A stretch of 62,226 nucleotides of DNA, from positions 1 through 62,226 of the forward strand of contig DASPVP010000084.1 of the NCBI GenBank assembly GCA_035622315.1. Direction: 5' to 3'. The position numbers and the translations under genes are program-made. Source of the stretch: Candidatus Acidiferrales bacterium. GTDB lineage: Bacteria > Vulcanimicrobiota > Vulcanimicrobiia > Eremiobacterales > Eremiobacteraceae. This document shows positions 21,483 through 30,708 of this stretch, in pieces. The notes beneath the pieces were generated by a model that saw nothing but the letters and a program-made list of their open reading frames with translations, had not been told where the DNA came from and did no database searches. How positions within the stretch are numbered: position 1 is the first letter of the stretch; each line of letters opens with the position of its first letter.

Positions 21483-22214
21483 TCAATGGTCCAGTGATTC
21501 TTGGGTTGGCGTGATCAGGTAGGCGATCGTCAGCAGCGTGAAGACCGCTGCTTGGATGACGCCGACGATGAGATTGAAGAAATAGATGAAGAACGGCGCC
21601 ACGACCGCGCCTTGCGAGATGACGCCGAGGTGCGCTTGGATGACCACGGCGACCACCAGCAGCAAGATCTCGCCCGCGAAGATGTTGCCGAAGAGCCGCA
21701 TGGCGAGCGTCACGGGACGAGCGAGCTCGTCGATGAGATTGATCGGCAGCATGAGGATGCCCAACAGCAACGGCTTGATCACGAGGTGCTTGTAGTACCC
21801 AAGGCCGTGGCGTGCGATGCCGACGATCTGGATCAGGAGAATCGTCGTGACGGCGAGCGCGGCCGTCGTGTTGAGATCAGCGGTCGGCGATTTGCCGATG
21901 AGCGGGAACAGTCCGATCTCGTTCAACAGCAAGATGAACACGAACAGCGAGATGATGAAAGGGACGAACGGAAGGCCGTTGGGACCCAAGATGCCGGTGG
22001 CCATGTCCGCCAAGTAGCCGACGATGAGCTCCATCACGCTGTAGCGCTTTGACACGACGGTGATGGGGTGGGTCGCCGCGAGCAGTCCGACGATGATGAG
22101 CGCCAAAGCCATCGCGACCCAGGTGATGGCGACCGTATCCGCGTGCACCGTGTTGAACGGCGCAGGCATAAAGGGAAGATGCCAGAGCGGGTGAGTTCCG
22201 GGTGTTTCTTGCAT
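21483..22214 (-). CDS. atpB: F0 ATP synthase subunit a
   Basis: 243 aa polytopic protein; PVTLAMRLFGNIFAGEILL (conserved Arg helix). Confidence 0.9.
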   Translation of the reverse strand: MQETPGTHPLWHLPFMPAPFNTVHADTVAITWVAMALALIIVGLLAATHPITVVSKRYSVMELIVGYLADMATGILGPNGLPFVPFIISLFVFILLLNEIGLFPLIGKSPTADLNTTAALAVTTILLIQIVGIARHGLGYYKHLVIKPLLLGILMLPINLIDELARPVTLAMRLFGNIFAGEILLLVVAVVIQAHLGVISQGAVVAPFFIYFFNLIVGVIQAAVFTLLTIAYLITPTQESLDH

Positions 22215-22226
22215 CGTCGTGCTCGT

Positions 22227-22622
22227 CTAGCTCGCCGCGCCCGTTTCGGCAGACTCGGCACTGATTTGTTGCCGATACACGACGATGGCCACTGCTAGCG
22301 CTGCGACAAATCCAGCAAGGTACGTGAAGTAACCGATGGCCGGCCCGCGCCCGACGATGACAAAAGGCGCAGCGCCGACGACGAAGACTCGGACGAGCGA
22401 TTCGGCGGTCAGAAACGGCAGGTACCCCTTGCCACCTTTGGTCAGCCGATTGAATCCGCTTGCGATGTGGAGCAGATAGGCGACGCCGATGAGCGTTCCG
22501 GCGACGAGGGCGAATGCCGCGACGCGCTCGCGGGTGACGACGAGGACGAGCATGGCGGCGACGAGCGCGATGGCGATACTGCGCCAAGCGACGGCCGCCT
22601 GATAGGAGCGGACGTTTTCCAT
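22227..22622 (-). CDS. atpI: ATP synthase protein I-like membrane protein
   Basis: 131 aa, 4 predicted TM segments, positioned immediately upstream of atpB. Confidence 0.6.
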   Translation of the reverse strand: MENVRSYQAAVAWRSIAIALVAAMLVLVVTRERVAAFALVAGTLIGVAYLLHIASGFNRLTKGGKGYLPFLTAESLVRVFVVGAAPFVIVGRGPAIGYFTYLAGFVAALAVAIVVYRQQISAESAETGAAS

Positions 22623-22695
22623 CGGATTTCATGCGCTTCCCTGGGGTATCTTTGCAGACCTTTAGATACGCAGTGGCGGACCGTGAGGTCTGCCG

Positions 22696-22896
22696 CTACA
22701 TACGAGCGGAGAGCTGGCGGAACATCGACACCATCCCTGCGACGAAACCGAGGATGATGCCGACTGGAATCGCCCAGTCCCAATGGAGAAACCTCGAAGC
22801 GCACCATCCGATCGCAAACCCGACGACGAGCGTGCCGATGATCGACATTCCCGCTCCGCCAAGCTGCGCGAGGCTCAGCGGTGTTTGCTGCTTCAT
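22696..22896 (-). CDS. atpZ: AtpZ/AtpR-like small membrane protein
   Basis: Track ORF trimmed to ATG 22896 (MKQQTPLSLAQLGGAGMSIIGTLVVGFAIGW..): two TM segments at the head of the atp operon. Confidence 0.6.
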   Translation of the reverse strand: MKQQTPLSLAQLGGAGMSIIGTLVVGFAIGWCASRFLHWDWAIPVGIILGFVAGMVSMFRQLSARM

Positions 22897-22909
22897 CAGA
22901 TTCGCGGCG

Positions 22910-24046
22910 TCACGCAGGTTTGAAATCGTGCGGGCGTGAGCCGTCACGCAGATACCACAGCAGCGCGTCTGCGATGCGGCGAGCCGCGTGCCCGTCGCCA
23001 TACGGGTTCGCCGCTTTGGCCATCTTCTGATACGCCTTAGGATCGTCGAGCAGCTCGCTCAGATTGCGTACGATGTCTTTTTCATCAACGCCGGCAAGAC
23101 GCAAAGTTCCAGCCTGCAAGCCCTCAGGCCGTTCGGTGACGCGTCGCAAGACCAGCACGGGTTTGCCGAGCGTCGGCGCTTCTTCTTGCAGACCGCCTGA
23201 GTCGGTCGCGACGAGCGTCGCCTGCGCGATCGTAGCGACCAGCCTGCGATAGTCCAGAGGCGTCGTCAAGTGCACGCGCGGTGTGCCGTCCAAGACCCGA
23301 CGCACCACTTCCACGATCGGCGGATTCGGATGGACGGGCCAGACGAGCGACACGTCAGGATGCGCGACGATCGTCGCCCGAAGCGCGCGACAGATCGCTT
23401 CCATCGAAGCGCCAAGATTCTCACGCCGATGCGCTTCGGCGAAGATCATCCTCGGCGTCGAGACTGCAACCGCATCGGCGGACGTCGTCATCGCGTGGAT
23501 CTGGTTGAAGGCGTCGATGACGGTGTTGCCCGTCACCACGATCGACTGCGGATCTTTGCCTTCGCGCAGCAGGTTCTCGCGCGCGAGCGGCGTCGGCGCA
23601 AAGTGGTAGGTCGCGATCACGCCGGTCAGCCGCCGGTTGATCTCCTCAGGAAAGGGCTCGTAGATGGTGTCCGTGCGCAGGCCGGCCTCGACGTGCCCGA
23701 CCGGGATCTTCTGATAGTAGGCGGCAAGAGCCGCCGCGGTCGAGGTGGTCGTATCGCCGTGGACGAGCATGACGTCAGGCTTGACGTCTTGCAGCACCGT
23801 GCCGATCCGCTCGAGCACGCGCGTCGTGATGTCGGTGAGGGATTGCCCCTCGGTCATCACCGCCAGATCGTATTCCGAAGCGATCCCGAACAGGTTCAGG
23901 ACATCGTCCAGTAGCTCGCGGTGCTGCGCGGTCGCGATCGTCACGCACTGGAACCGTTCATCGCGGGAGAGCGCCGAGATGACGGGAGCCATCTTCACCG
24001 CATCCGGCCGCGTGCCGAAGACGACCCCCACCCGAACCCGCGTCAT
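22910..24046 (-). CDS. wecB: UDP-N-acetylglucosamine 2-epimerase (non-hydrolysing)
   Basis: VGVVFGTRPDAVKMAPV, MLVHGDTTTS, TDSGGLQEEAPTLGKPVLVLR. Start trimmed to ATG 24046, a 1-nt TGATG overlap with the upstream stop. Confidence 0.9.
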   Translation of the reverse strand: MTRVRVGVVFGTRPDAVKMAPVISALSRDERFQCVTIATAQHRELLDDVLNLFGIASEYDLAVMTEGQSLTDITTRVLERIGTVLQDVKPDVMLVHGDTTTSTAAALAAYYQKIPVGHVEAGLRTDTIYEPFPEEINRRLTGVIATYHFAPTPLARENLLREGKDPQSIVVTGNTVIDAFNQIHAMTTSADAVAVSTPRMIFAEAHRRENLGASMEAICRALRATIVAHPDVSLVWPVHPNPPIVEVVRRVLDGTPRVHLTTPLDYRRLVATIAQATLVATDSGGLQEEAPTLGKPVLVLRRVTERPEGLQAGTLRLAGVDEKDIVRNLSELLDDPKAYQKMAKAANPYGDGHAARRIADALLWYLRDGSRPHDFKPA

Positions 24047-25071
24047 CAGAGCACGTGCGGGCCTCCCGGCCGCGAAAGCGCGATGGCGATAGCGCCCAGC
24101 ACGAAGCACACCAGATAGATCAGATTGACGACTTGCCGCTGAGAGAGTCCCACGTCCAACAGGCGGTGGTGCATGTGGCTACGGTCTGCATCGAACAAGG
24201 GGGCCCGTTTGCCCAGCCGCTGCACGATCACCCGGGCGGTGTCGAAGATCGGCAGCGCCAGGACGAGGAGGGGGACGAGCAACGAGATACCGACAGCCAC
24301 TTTCTCCGTGCCCATCACTGCACCGCTTGCGAGCACGAAGCCGATGAAGAGCGAACCACCGTCACCCATGAAGATCCGCGCCGGATTGTAGTTGAAGGGC
24401 AAAAAGCCGGCGGCCGCGCCACCGAGCGCGCACATCGTGATCGCCACGAGGTACTGATGATGCCACCAGGACACGATCACCATCGTGACCGATGCGATGA
24501 GCGCCACGCCCGTCACGAGGCCGTCGAGGCCGTCCATGAAGTTGATCGCGTTGACCATGCCGAGGTACCAGAAGAGCGAGAAAGGGATCGCGAACCAGCC
24601 GAGCGAGACGTAACCTATGCGTGGCAACGAGAATCCAAGGATGGTGAACTGATACAGGACGATCATCATGAGGGCGACGAGGAACTGCGCGAGGAACTTC
24701 GTCTGCGGGCGCATGCCCATGATGTCATCCCACAACCCGACCCCCAGCATGAGCGTCGCGCCGAACAGCAAGCCGATGACCTGCGCCAAGTCGCGTGTGC
24801 CCAAGAAATGATGGATCACGTAATTGTTGTTGAGCGCGACCTCGAGGATCGCGAACAGCGCCAGCATGAAGCCGACGAAGATGGCCACGCCGCCTAACCG
24901 GGGCGTCGGCTGCGTGTGCACGCGCCGGTCGTCGTCCGGCTCGTCGAAGACCCCGACGGCGAACGCCATCCGGCGGACGAGCGGTGTCACCACGGCACAG
25001 CTGAACGCGGCGAGCACGAAGGTCATCGCGCACAACCAGTAGATGTTGATGTTGAAGATCGAGTGCTGCAC
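24046..25071 (-). CDS. glycosyltransferase family 4 phospho-sugar transferase (WecA/TagO/MraY-like)
   Basis: 341 aa polytopic protein; NAINFMDGLDGL and PARIFMGDGGSLFIGF motifs. Confidence 0.85.
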   Translation of the reverse strand: MQHSIFNINIYWLCAMTFVLAAFSCAVVTPLVRRMAFAVGVFDEPDDDRRVHTQPTPRLGGVAIFVGFMLALFAILEVALNNNYVIHHFLGTRDLAQVIGLLFGATLMLGVGLWDDIMGMRPQTKFLAQFLVALMMIVLYQFTILGFSLPRIGYVSLGWFAIPFSLFWYLGMVNAINFMDGLDGLVTGVALIASVTMVIVSWWHHQYLVAITMCALGGAAAGFLPFNYNPARIFMGDGGSLFIGFVLASGAVMGTEKVAVGISLLVPLLVLALPIFDTARVIVQRLGKRAPLFDADRSHMHHRLLDVGLSQRQVVNLIYLVCFVLGAIAIALSRPGGPHVL

Positions 25072-25080
25072 GAGTAGGGC

Positions 25081-25548
25081 CTAACCCGGACTGCCGAGGT
25101 GTTCGAGGGCGACGCCTGCCTCGGCCAAGAGTTCGGTAGCGAGCGCGTCGGGATAGGTGTCCTCGTAGACGATGCGGCGCACGCCCGCGTTGATGAGCAG
25201 CTTCGTGCATGCCAAGCACGGGTTGTTCGTGCAGTAGAGCGTCGCGCCCTCAATCGAGATCCCGTGGCGCGCCGCCTGCACGATCGCGTTTTGCTCGGCA
25301 TGGGTGGAGCGAGAACAGTGGCCGTTGTGCAGATCGCCGCCGTCGCGATGATCGCAATGCCGGAGCCCAGCCGGCGCGCCGTTATAACCGGTCGCGAGGA
25401 TCAGCTTGTTCTTGACGAGCACGGCGCCGACCGCTTTTCGCGAGCACGTCGCGCGCGACGCCACCGCGCGCGTTATGGCTTGGAAATACTCATCCCAGGA
25501 AGGCCGGCCACCCAATGCCGGATCCATGACCGAACTCGCGTCGCTCAT
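25081..25548 (-). CDS. dCMP deaminase (ComEB-type cytidine/deoxycytidylate deaminase)
   Basis: Zinc motifs HAEQNAI and PCLACTKLL; ATGA overlap with the upp stop. Confidence 0.85.
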   Translation of the reverse strand: MSDASSVMDPALGGRPSWDEYFQAITRAVASRATCSRKAVGAVLVKNKLILATGYNGAPAGLRHCDHRDGGDLHNGHCSRSTHAEQNAIVQAARHGISIEGATLYCTNNPCLACTKLLINAGVRRIVYEDTYPDALATELLAEAGVALEHLGSPG

Positions 25549-26291
25549 CGCCGTTCGTCCTTACGTCGCGCGGCGCGCACTGCTGTCTCAGGCACGCGGC
25601 CAGCGCCGGCGCCGAAGAGGCGATCGCCCGCGTCGCCGAGACCGGGCACGATGTATCCGTGGTCGTTGAGGTGACGGTCGACCGCGCAGGTATACGCCCG
25701 CAAACCGGGATGAGCGCCGAAGAGCGCTCGCAACCCCTCAGGGGCCGCGATCAGACAGATGAAGCGCAAGTCCGAAACGTCTGCTCCGCGCTCGGCGAGC
25801 AACGCGACGCAGGCGAGCGCCGAGGCTCCGGTCGCGAGCATCGGATCGAGGATGAAGACGCGCCGGCCATGCAACTTGTCGGGCAGATTGAGATAGTAAG
25901 GAACGGCCTCGAGCGTGTCTGGGTCACGGTAGATGCCGACGTGCGCGACGGTCGCTTGAGGCATGAGCGCGAAAAAGCCGGGAACGAGCCCTAAGCCGGC
26001 ACGCAAGATCGGTACGAGCAAAGGGATGCGCGTGATGCTCTTCGCGGTCGCCCATGCGAGCGGTGTGGCGACCTGGGTCTCCGTGGTCTCGAGGTCGGCG
26101 GCGGCTGGCCATGCGAGCAACGTCGCGAGCTCCGTGCACAGCTCGCGGAATTCTTTGTTCGGGGTCGCGGCGTCGCGCAGGCGACCGAGCTTGTCCGCGA
26201 CGAGCGGATGATCGACGATCGCGAGATTGGGATACTGCGGGTGAGCGCACAGCCCAGGGGCGCCGGGCATGGAGAGTTCCATCGGCCTCAC
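25545..26291 (-). CDS. upp: uracil phosphoribosyltransferase
   Basis: [38 protein letters not shown]; N- and C-terminal extensions. Confidence 0.85.
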   Translation of the reverse strand: MRPMELSMPGAPGLCAHPQYPNLAIVDHPLVADKLGRLRDAATPNKEFRELCTELATLLAWPAAADLETTETQVATPLAWATAKSITRIPLLVPILRAGLGLVPGFFALMPQATVAHVGIYRDPDTLEAVPYYLNLPDKLHGRRVFILDPMLATGASALACVALLAERGADVSDLRFICLIAAPEGLRALFGAHPGLRAYTCAVDRHLNDHGYIVPGLGDAGDRLFGAGAGRVPETAVRAARRKDERR

Positions 26292-27541
26292 GGAACGCCG
26301 AAACGGCCGGTGAGTTCGTCGACGCGCGAGCGCAAGCGTTCGCGGCGCTCGCCCCGGCCCATATCATCCATCGCCTCGCCCATGATGTCGGCGATCTCCA
26401 ACATCTCCGCCTCACGCAAACCTCGCGTGGTGATGGCGGGCGTACCGATGCGCACGCCGCTTGATATCGCCGGTGGATTGCGGTCGAACGGGATCATGTT
26501 CTTGTTCACCGTGATGCCGATCGTGTCGAGGTACTCCTCGACCGCCTTACCGGTGAGACCACGGACAGAAACGTCGACAAGCATGAGGTGGTTGTCCGTG
26601 CCGCCGGCGACGATGCGCAAGCCTTTTGATTCGAGCGCGCCCGCCAAGGTCTTCGCATTTGCGACGATCTGCTTCGCGTAGTCCGTGAAGTCGGGTGCGA
26701 GCGCCTCTTTGAACGCGACTGCCTTCGCCGCGATGATGTGCATGAGCGGGCCGCCTTGCAGGCCTGGAAACACCGTCTTCGCTATCGCTTTGCCGCGCTC
26801 GGCATCGGTCATGATCACGCCGCCGCGCGGCCCGCGCAACGTCTTGTGCGTGGTGGTCGTGATGTAGTCCGCGTGGCCGACGGGGCTCGGGTGAATCCCG
26901 GCCGCGACGAGCCCGGCGACGTGCGCGATGTCGGCGAACAGCACCGCGCCGACCTCGTGCGCGATCTCGGCGAATGCCCCCCAATCGGGTATCCGAGAGT
27001 ACGCGCTCCAACCGGCGACGAGCAGTTTCGGCTTGTGCTCGCGTGCGATCGCTCGGATCTCGGCATAGTCGAATTGCTCGGTCGAGCGGCTGACGCCGTA
27101 CGTGACGGCATGGTAGATCTTACCGGAAAAACTTACCTTGCTGCCGTGCGTGAGGTGGCCGCCCTGATCGAGCGCGGTCCCCATGATCGTGTCGCCCGGG
27201 TTGACCGCGGCGAAATAGACCGCCATGTTGGCTTGCGCGCCCGAGTGCGGTTGCACGTTCGCATACTCGACGCCGAAGAGTTGTTTGAGGCGATCGATCG
27301 CGAGCGTCTCGACCACGTCGACGTACTCGCAGCCGCCGTAATACCGTTTTCCCGGGTAGCCTTCCGCGTACTTGTTGGTCATGACGGAGCTCGCCGCCTC
27401 GCGCACGGCCGCGCTCACGTAGTTCTCCGATGCGATGAGCTCGAGGTTGCGCCGCTGGCGCTCTTCCTCCAAAGCGATCGCGCGGGCGACCTCGGGGTCC
27501 GCCGTCGCGAGAGCGGCGCGCTCCAGCAGCCGCGCGTTCAC
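26288..27541 (-). CDS. glyA: serine hydroxymethyltransferase
   Basis: [28 protein letters not shown] site, 417 aa. Confidence 0.97.
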   Translation of the reverse strand: MNARLLERAALATADPEVARAIALEEERQRRNLELIASENYVSAAVREAASSVMTNKYAEGYPGKRYYGGCEYVDVVETLAIDRLKQLFGVEYANVQPHSGAQANMAVYFAAVNPGDTIMGTALDQGGHLTHGSKVSFSGKIYHAVTYGVSRSTEQFDYAEIRAIAREHKPKLLVAGWSAYSRIPDWGAFAEIAHEVGAVLFADIAHVAGLVAAGIHPSPVGHADYITTTTHKTLRGPRGGVIMTDAERGKAIAKTVFPGLQGGPLMHIIAAKAVAFKEALAPDFTDYAKQIVANAKTLAGALESKGLRIVAGGTDNHLMLVDVSVRGLTGKAVEEYLDTIGITVNKNMIPFDRNPPAISSGVRIGTPAITTRGLREAEMLEIADIMGEAMDDMGRGERRERLRSRVDELTGRFGVP

Positions 27542-28041
27542 GAGCCCGAGTCCTTCGACCCGACCGAGATCGCCGGATAATCATCGATCTCGTGGACCCG
27601 TCGTTCGTGGCGCCCGCCCTCGGGGTCCGTCGTCAGCCAGACCTCGAGGCACTCGCGCACCATCTCCCAGCCGGTGAGCCGCTCGGCGAAGCAGATGACG
27701 TTGCAGTCGTTATGCTCGCGCGAGAGTCGCGCCGAATACGGCTCGGCGACGGAGGCCGCGCGCACCCCTTTGACCTTGTTCGCCGCCATCGCCACACCCA
27801 AGCTCGAACCGCAAACGAGCACGCCGCGATGGCATTCACCACTCGCAACGGCTTCACCGACTTTGAAACCGATGAGCGGATAATCGACCGGATCGGTCGA
27901 GTAGGTGCCGAAATCGACGACCTCGTGCCCGAGCGCGCGGAGGTGCTCGGCGATCATGCCTTTGTATCCGAAACCGGCATGATCGGCTCCCACGGCGATG
28001 CGGAGAACGTTGCTTGCCACGCTACGTCGTTCTCCTCTCAA
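27538..28041 (-). CDS. rpiB: ribose-5-phosphate isomerase B
   Basis: [29 protein letters not shown]. Confidence 0.9.
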   Translation of the reverse strand: MRGERRSVASNVLRIAVGADHAGFGYKGMIAEHLRALGHEVVDFGTYSTDPVDYPLIGFKVGEAVASGECHRGVLVCGSSLGVAMAANKVKGVRAASVAEPYSARLSREHNDCNVICFAERLTGWEMVRECLEVWLTTDPEGGRHERRVHEIDDYPAISVGSKDSGS

Positions 28042-28067
28042 AGAGGAGCCGCCTTGGAGGGTGCGGC

Positions 28068-28541
28068 TTAAGCGCGCTCGCGTCCACGGCGCTCGAGCTC
28101 GTGGAAGATGGTCGGCATCGCGGACTGCAGCATGTCACGGACGCCGCGCACCTCCTGGGCGTCGCCGCCGATCGGGTCGGGAACATCGCCGAGTTGGGTG
28201 AGATCGTCGAAGCTCACGACTTTCATCCGGTGCTTGGGAAACGCGGTGTGCAACATCTCTCGCTGCAGATCGGTCATCGTCACGACGAGTGAGGCGCGCG
28301 CGATCAGGTCTGCATCCGCCGGTTTGGAACGATGATGCTCGAGCGAGAGACCGATCTCGCTGATCGTCGCCTGAGCGATCGATGCGGCCGCGTATCCGGG
28401 CAGCGCGTGCGTGCCGGCGCTTTCGACCTCGAGGGTCAGTCCGCGTCGGGCGGCTTCGTCGGCTGCGATCACTTCGGCGATGGCGCTGCGGCACGCGTTG
28501 TGCATGCAGATGAAGACGAGCAGCGCGGCGTTGGTCACCAC
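28068..28541 (-). CDS. low-molecular-weight protein phosphatase (YwlE-like)
   Basis: CX5RS P-loop in FICMHNACRSAIAE. Track start 28724 lies inside the kinase gene; trimmed to GTG 28541 (or 28538, a GTGA overlap with the kinase stop). Confidence 0.78.
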   Translation of the reverse strand: MVTNAALLVFICMHNACRSAIAEVIAADEAARRGLTLEVESAGTHALPGYAAASIAQATISEIGLSLEHHRSKPADADLIARASLVVTMTDLQREMLHTAFPKHRMKVVSFDDLTQLGDVPDPIGGDAQEVRGVRDMLQSAMPTIFHELERRGRERA

Positions 28542-29509
28542 TCTGGTTTTCCCCAATCCGGATGAGCCGACCTGGCCAGCAGGTTCTCGACCGCCGCCGC
28601 CGATGGCAGCGATGGAATCGCGCCTTCGCGCAGGCAGGCGAGGGCGCCGGCGGCGCACCCGAAGCGCACCGCGTCGCGAAGCGCGTCGGCCGTCAGGTCT
28701 CGTTCCTTGTGGAGCAGCGTCCACAGAATCCCCGCCGTCATGGCATCGCCCGCGCCTGTCGTGTCGATCGCCTCGACGCGAGGAGCAGGCGTGTCGAAGC
28801 GCGCACCGCCGCTGACCGACGTTGTCGCGCCGCGCGCGCCGCGGGTGAGCACGACCGCTCTTGTCGTCTCTTGCACGAGCTTGCCTGCGCTGTTCGGATC
28901 GATGCCAAGCTCCTGCGCATCATCCTCGGAGAGCTTGACGAGCGCCGCTCGCGCGCAGCCGGCCAGCGTGATGCGTCGCATCTCATCGCGCGATTCCCAC
29001 AGTTGCGGGCGCACGTTCGCATCGAAGCTGACGAGCGCTCCTGCGCGGTGCGCAGCTGCCGCAACACCGAGGCAGGCAGAGCGCGCGGGCTCGGTCGCGA
29101 GGAGCACGCCGCCGAAGTGGAGCATGCGCGCCCGCGACACTAGGCGTGCGTCGAGATCCGCAACGTCCAAGCGACTGTCCGCGCCCGGGTTTCGGACGAA
29201 GAGGAAATCGCGTTCGCCCTGTTCGCCGCGCGCCACGAAGGCGAGCGTGGTCGCTTCCGCAACGGAGCGCACACCATCGACATTCACGCCCTCGTGTGCC
29301 AGCGTGCGCAGCAGGTAACGGCCGAAAGCGTCGGTGCTGATCGTGCCTGCGAAGCGTGCGTCGCCGCCTAGGCGAGCGACGCCGACCGCGACGTTCGCGA
29401 CGGCGCCTCCTGCGGCGCGACGGAAGAGCTCGCTCGACCCGACGTCGGAGACGTGCGACTGCGCCACGAAATCGATGAGCGCTTCGCCGACGCAGAGAAT
29501 GAAGCTCAT
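28535..29509 (-). CDS. PfkB-family sugar kinase (fructokinase-like)
   Basis: ILCVGEALIDFV N-terminus and DTTGAGDAMTAG ATP-site motif. Confidence 0.85.
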   Translation of the reverse strand: MSFILCVGEALIDFVAQSHVSDVGSSELFRRAAGGAVANVAVGVARLGGDARFAGTISTDAFGRYLLRTLAHEGVNVDGVRSVAEATTLAFVARGEQGERDFLFVRNPGADSRLDVADLDARLVSRARMLHFGGVLLATEPARSACLGVAAAAHRAGALVSFDANVRPQLWESRDEMRRITLAGCARAALVKLSEDDAQELGIDPNSAGKLVQETTRAVVLTRGARGATTSVSGGARFDTPAPRVEAIDTTGAGDAMTAGILWTLLHKERDLTADALRDAVRFGCAAGALACLREGAIPSLPSAAAVENLLARSAHPDWGKPEW

Positions 29510-29592
29510 GCGCTAAGAACCCAAGGGTTGCGCTGCCACCTGCAGAACAGCGGCTCGTTGAACGCACACGCTCGCCCGGCCTTCCACGTCGC

Positions 29593-30360
29593 ATGAAGGT
29601 CTGTTGCAGTTCGCATTCGTACGACCGGCTGTTCGCGACAGGCGATCTCACCCAGCTCGAATGGGTCGACCTGTGTGCCAACGAGCTCGAGCTTGACGGC
29701 GTCGAATTTGCTTTGGCGCATTTCCCGCGTTTCGATCCAGACTACGTCGCACAGCTCAAGAAACTCTGCGTCGATCGTTGTCTGACGGTCGCCGGTGTGC
29801 TGCACGACACGCCCATCGATGCTCGCTCGATCGACGAGCACGTCGAGCGCGTCCGCAGCTCGCTTGACGTCGCATGCGCCCTGGGCGCCCCGATCGTGCG
29901 CTGCAGCATCTCGGGCGTGGCTGGGCCAGAGGCGATCGCGTGGCGCGAGACGATCAGGGGGCTCAAGGCAGCCTGCGTGAGCGCGAAGGAGCGCAACATC
30001 ACCCTCGCGCTCGAGCCCCAGACAGGATCGCTCGTGGCAGATGCGGTGCAAGCCAAGCGCGCTGTGAAGGAGTGCGACTCCGCGTGGCTGCGTCTCGCGC
30101 CCGACGCCAGCATGCTGGCGCAGCCGAGCAGGGAGACATGGGACGAGATCATGCCGGCGGCGGTGATCGTCGTCGTCCCAATGCGGGCTGTGGATGCCTT
30201 TGGCGCTGAGGAGTCGGTCGACTACATCAGCGCGTTTTCTTTCCTGCGGAAGGAGCGTTTTCGAGGCTTCCTTACATTAGAGTACAGCGGCGCGGAGGCA
30301 GAGCGTCCCGCGGTCGCTCGGGCAGTGGCCTGGCTGCGGACCATGCCGCCAAGCGTCTAA
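29593..30360 (+). CDS. sugar phosphate isomerase/epimerase (xylose isomerase-like TIM barrel)
   Basis: 255 aa; LDGVEFA, ITLALEPQ and FLTLEY pattern, typical of the AP_endonuc_2 family. Confidence 0.7.
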   Translation: MKVCCSSHSYDRLFATGDLTQLEWVDLCANELELDGVEFALAHFPRFDPDYVAQLKKLCVDRCLTVAGVLHDTPIDARSIDEHVERVRSSLDVACALGAPIVRCSISGVAGPEAIAWRETIRGLKAACVSAKERNITLALEPQTGSLVADAVQAKRAVKECDSAWLRLAPDASMLAQPSRETWDEIMPAAVIVVVPMRAVDAFGAEESVDYISAFSFLRKERFRGFLTLEYSGAEAERPAVARAVAWLRTMPPSV

Positions 30361-30364
30361 CCGC

Positions 30365-30650
30365 TGTGCCGGCACTTGCATGCGAAAGACGGCCCGGTCG
30401 TCGCCGACCGAGCCGTCTTCACGTTCCCCGAAGTGCCGGTACCCGCCAGGGATTAGAACCCGCAAGCAGCAGGTTGGGTGCTCACCCGGCCCCGGAAGGC
30501 TTCCCTCGACGTGGAGGGCTTGCTCAAGTGGGCTCGGAGTCGAACTCCCTCTTGTGATCGTGTTGGATCAATCACAAGACGAGCTCTCGCACACCCCAGG
30601 GAGCATGCGCCGCGAAGCGCAGTGCACTTACCCTAGCACGCAGCCGGACC
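30365..30650 (-). ncRNA. candidate structured RNA of unknown class (strand tentative)
   Basis: The 348-nt noncoding gap is packed with hairpins: a 9+15-bp hairpin at 30371-30441 whose loop is GCGA on the minus strand, a 10-bp stem at 30551-30578 that is contiguous only on the minus strand, and two T-loop-like hairpins (GGAGUUCGACUCC, GGGUUCUAAUCCC). Confidence 0.3.
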
Positions 30651-30661
30651 GAAGACAAGTC

Positions 30662-30691
30662 TTGACAAGCGCGAAACGGTCGGCTCATATG
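30662..30691 (+). promoter_or_regulatory. candidate sigma-70 promoter for the epimerase/DUF1611 cluster
   Basis: Perfect -35 TTGACA (30662-30667), then a 17-18 nt spacer and a weak -10 (TCATAT/CATATG); ~20 nt upstream of GTG 30709. Confidence 0.3.
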
Positions 30692-30708
30692 ACAGGTTTT
30701 GAGTCGCA

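Noticed and set aside
30440-30520. SRP RNA or RNase P RNA. Observed motifs: CCCGGAAGG, GGGTGAGCACCC/TTCTAATCCC (Alu-domain-like) and AGAACCCGC (RNase P CR-V-like).
   Set aside because: The SRP domain IV pattern (GNRA loop flanked by the AGG/AGCA loops) cannot be formed. The universal RNase P GGAAAGUCC element is absent from this region. The matches are short and isolated.
30551-30578. CRP/FNR-type site TGTGA..TCACA.
   Set aside because: The half-sites are separated by 14 nt rather than 6. The element is better explained as an RNA or DNA hairpin stem.
30500-30600. tRNA, tRNA-Sec or tmRNA suggested by GGAGTTCGACTCC (minus strand) and a long adjacent stem.
   Set aside because: The T-stem does not pair with a 7-nt loop. 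No acceptor, D or anticodon arms can be drawn, there is no CCA-proximal acceptor, and there is no tag-peptide frame.
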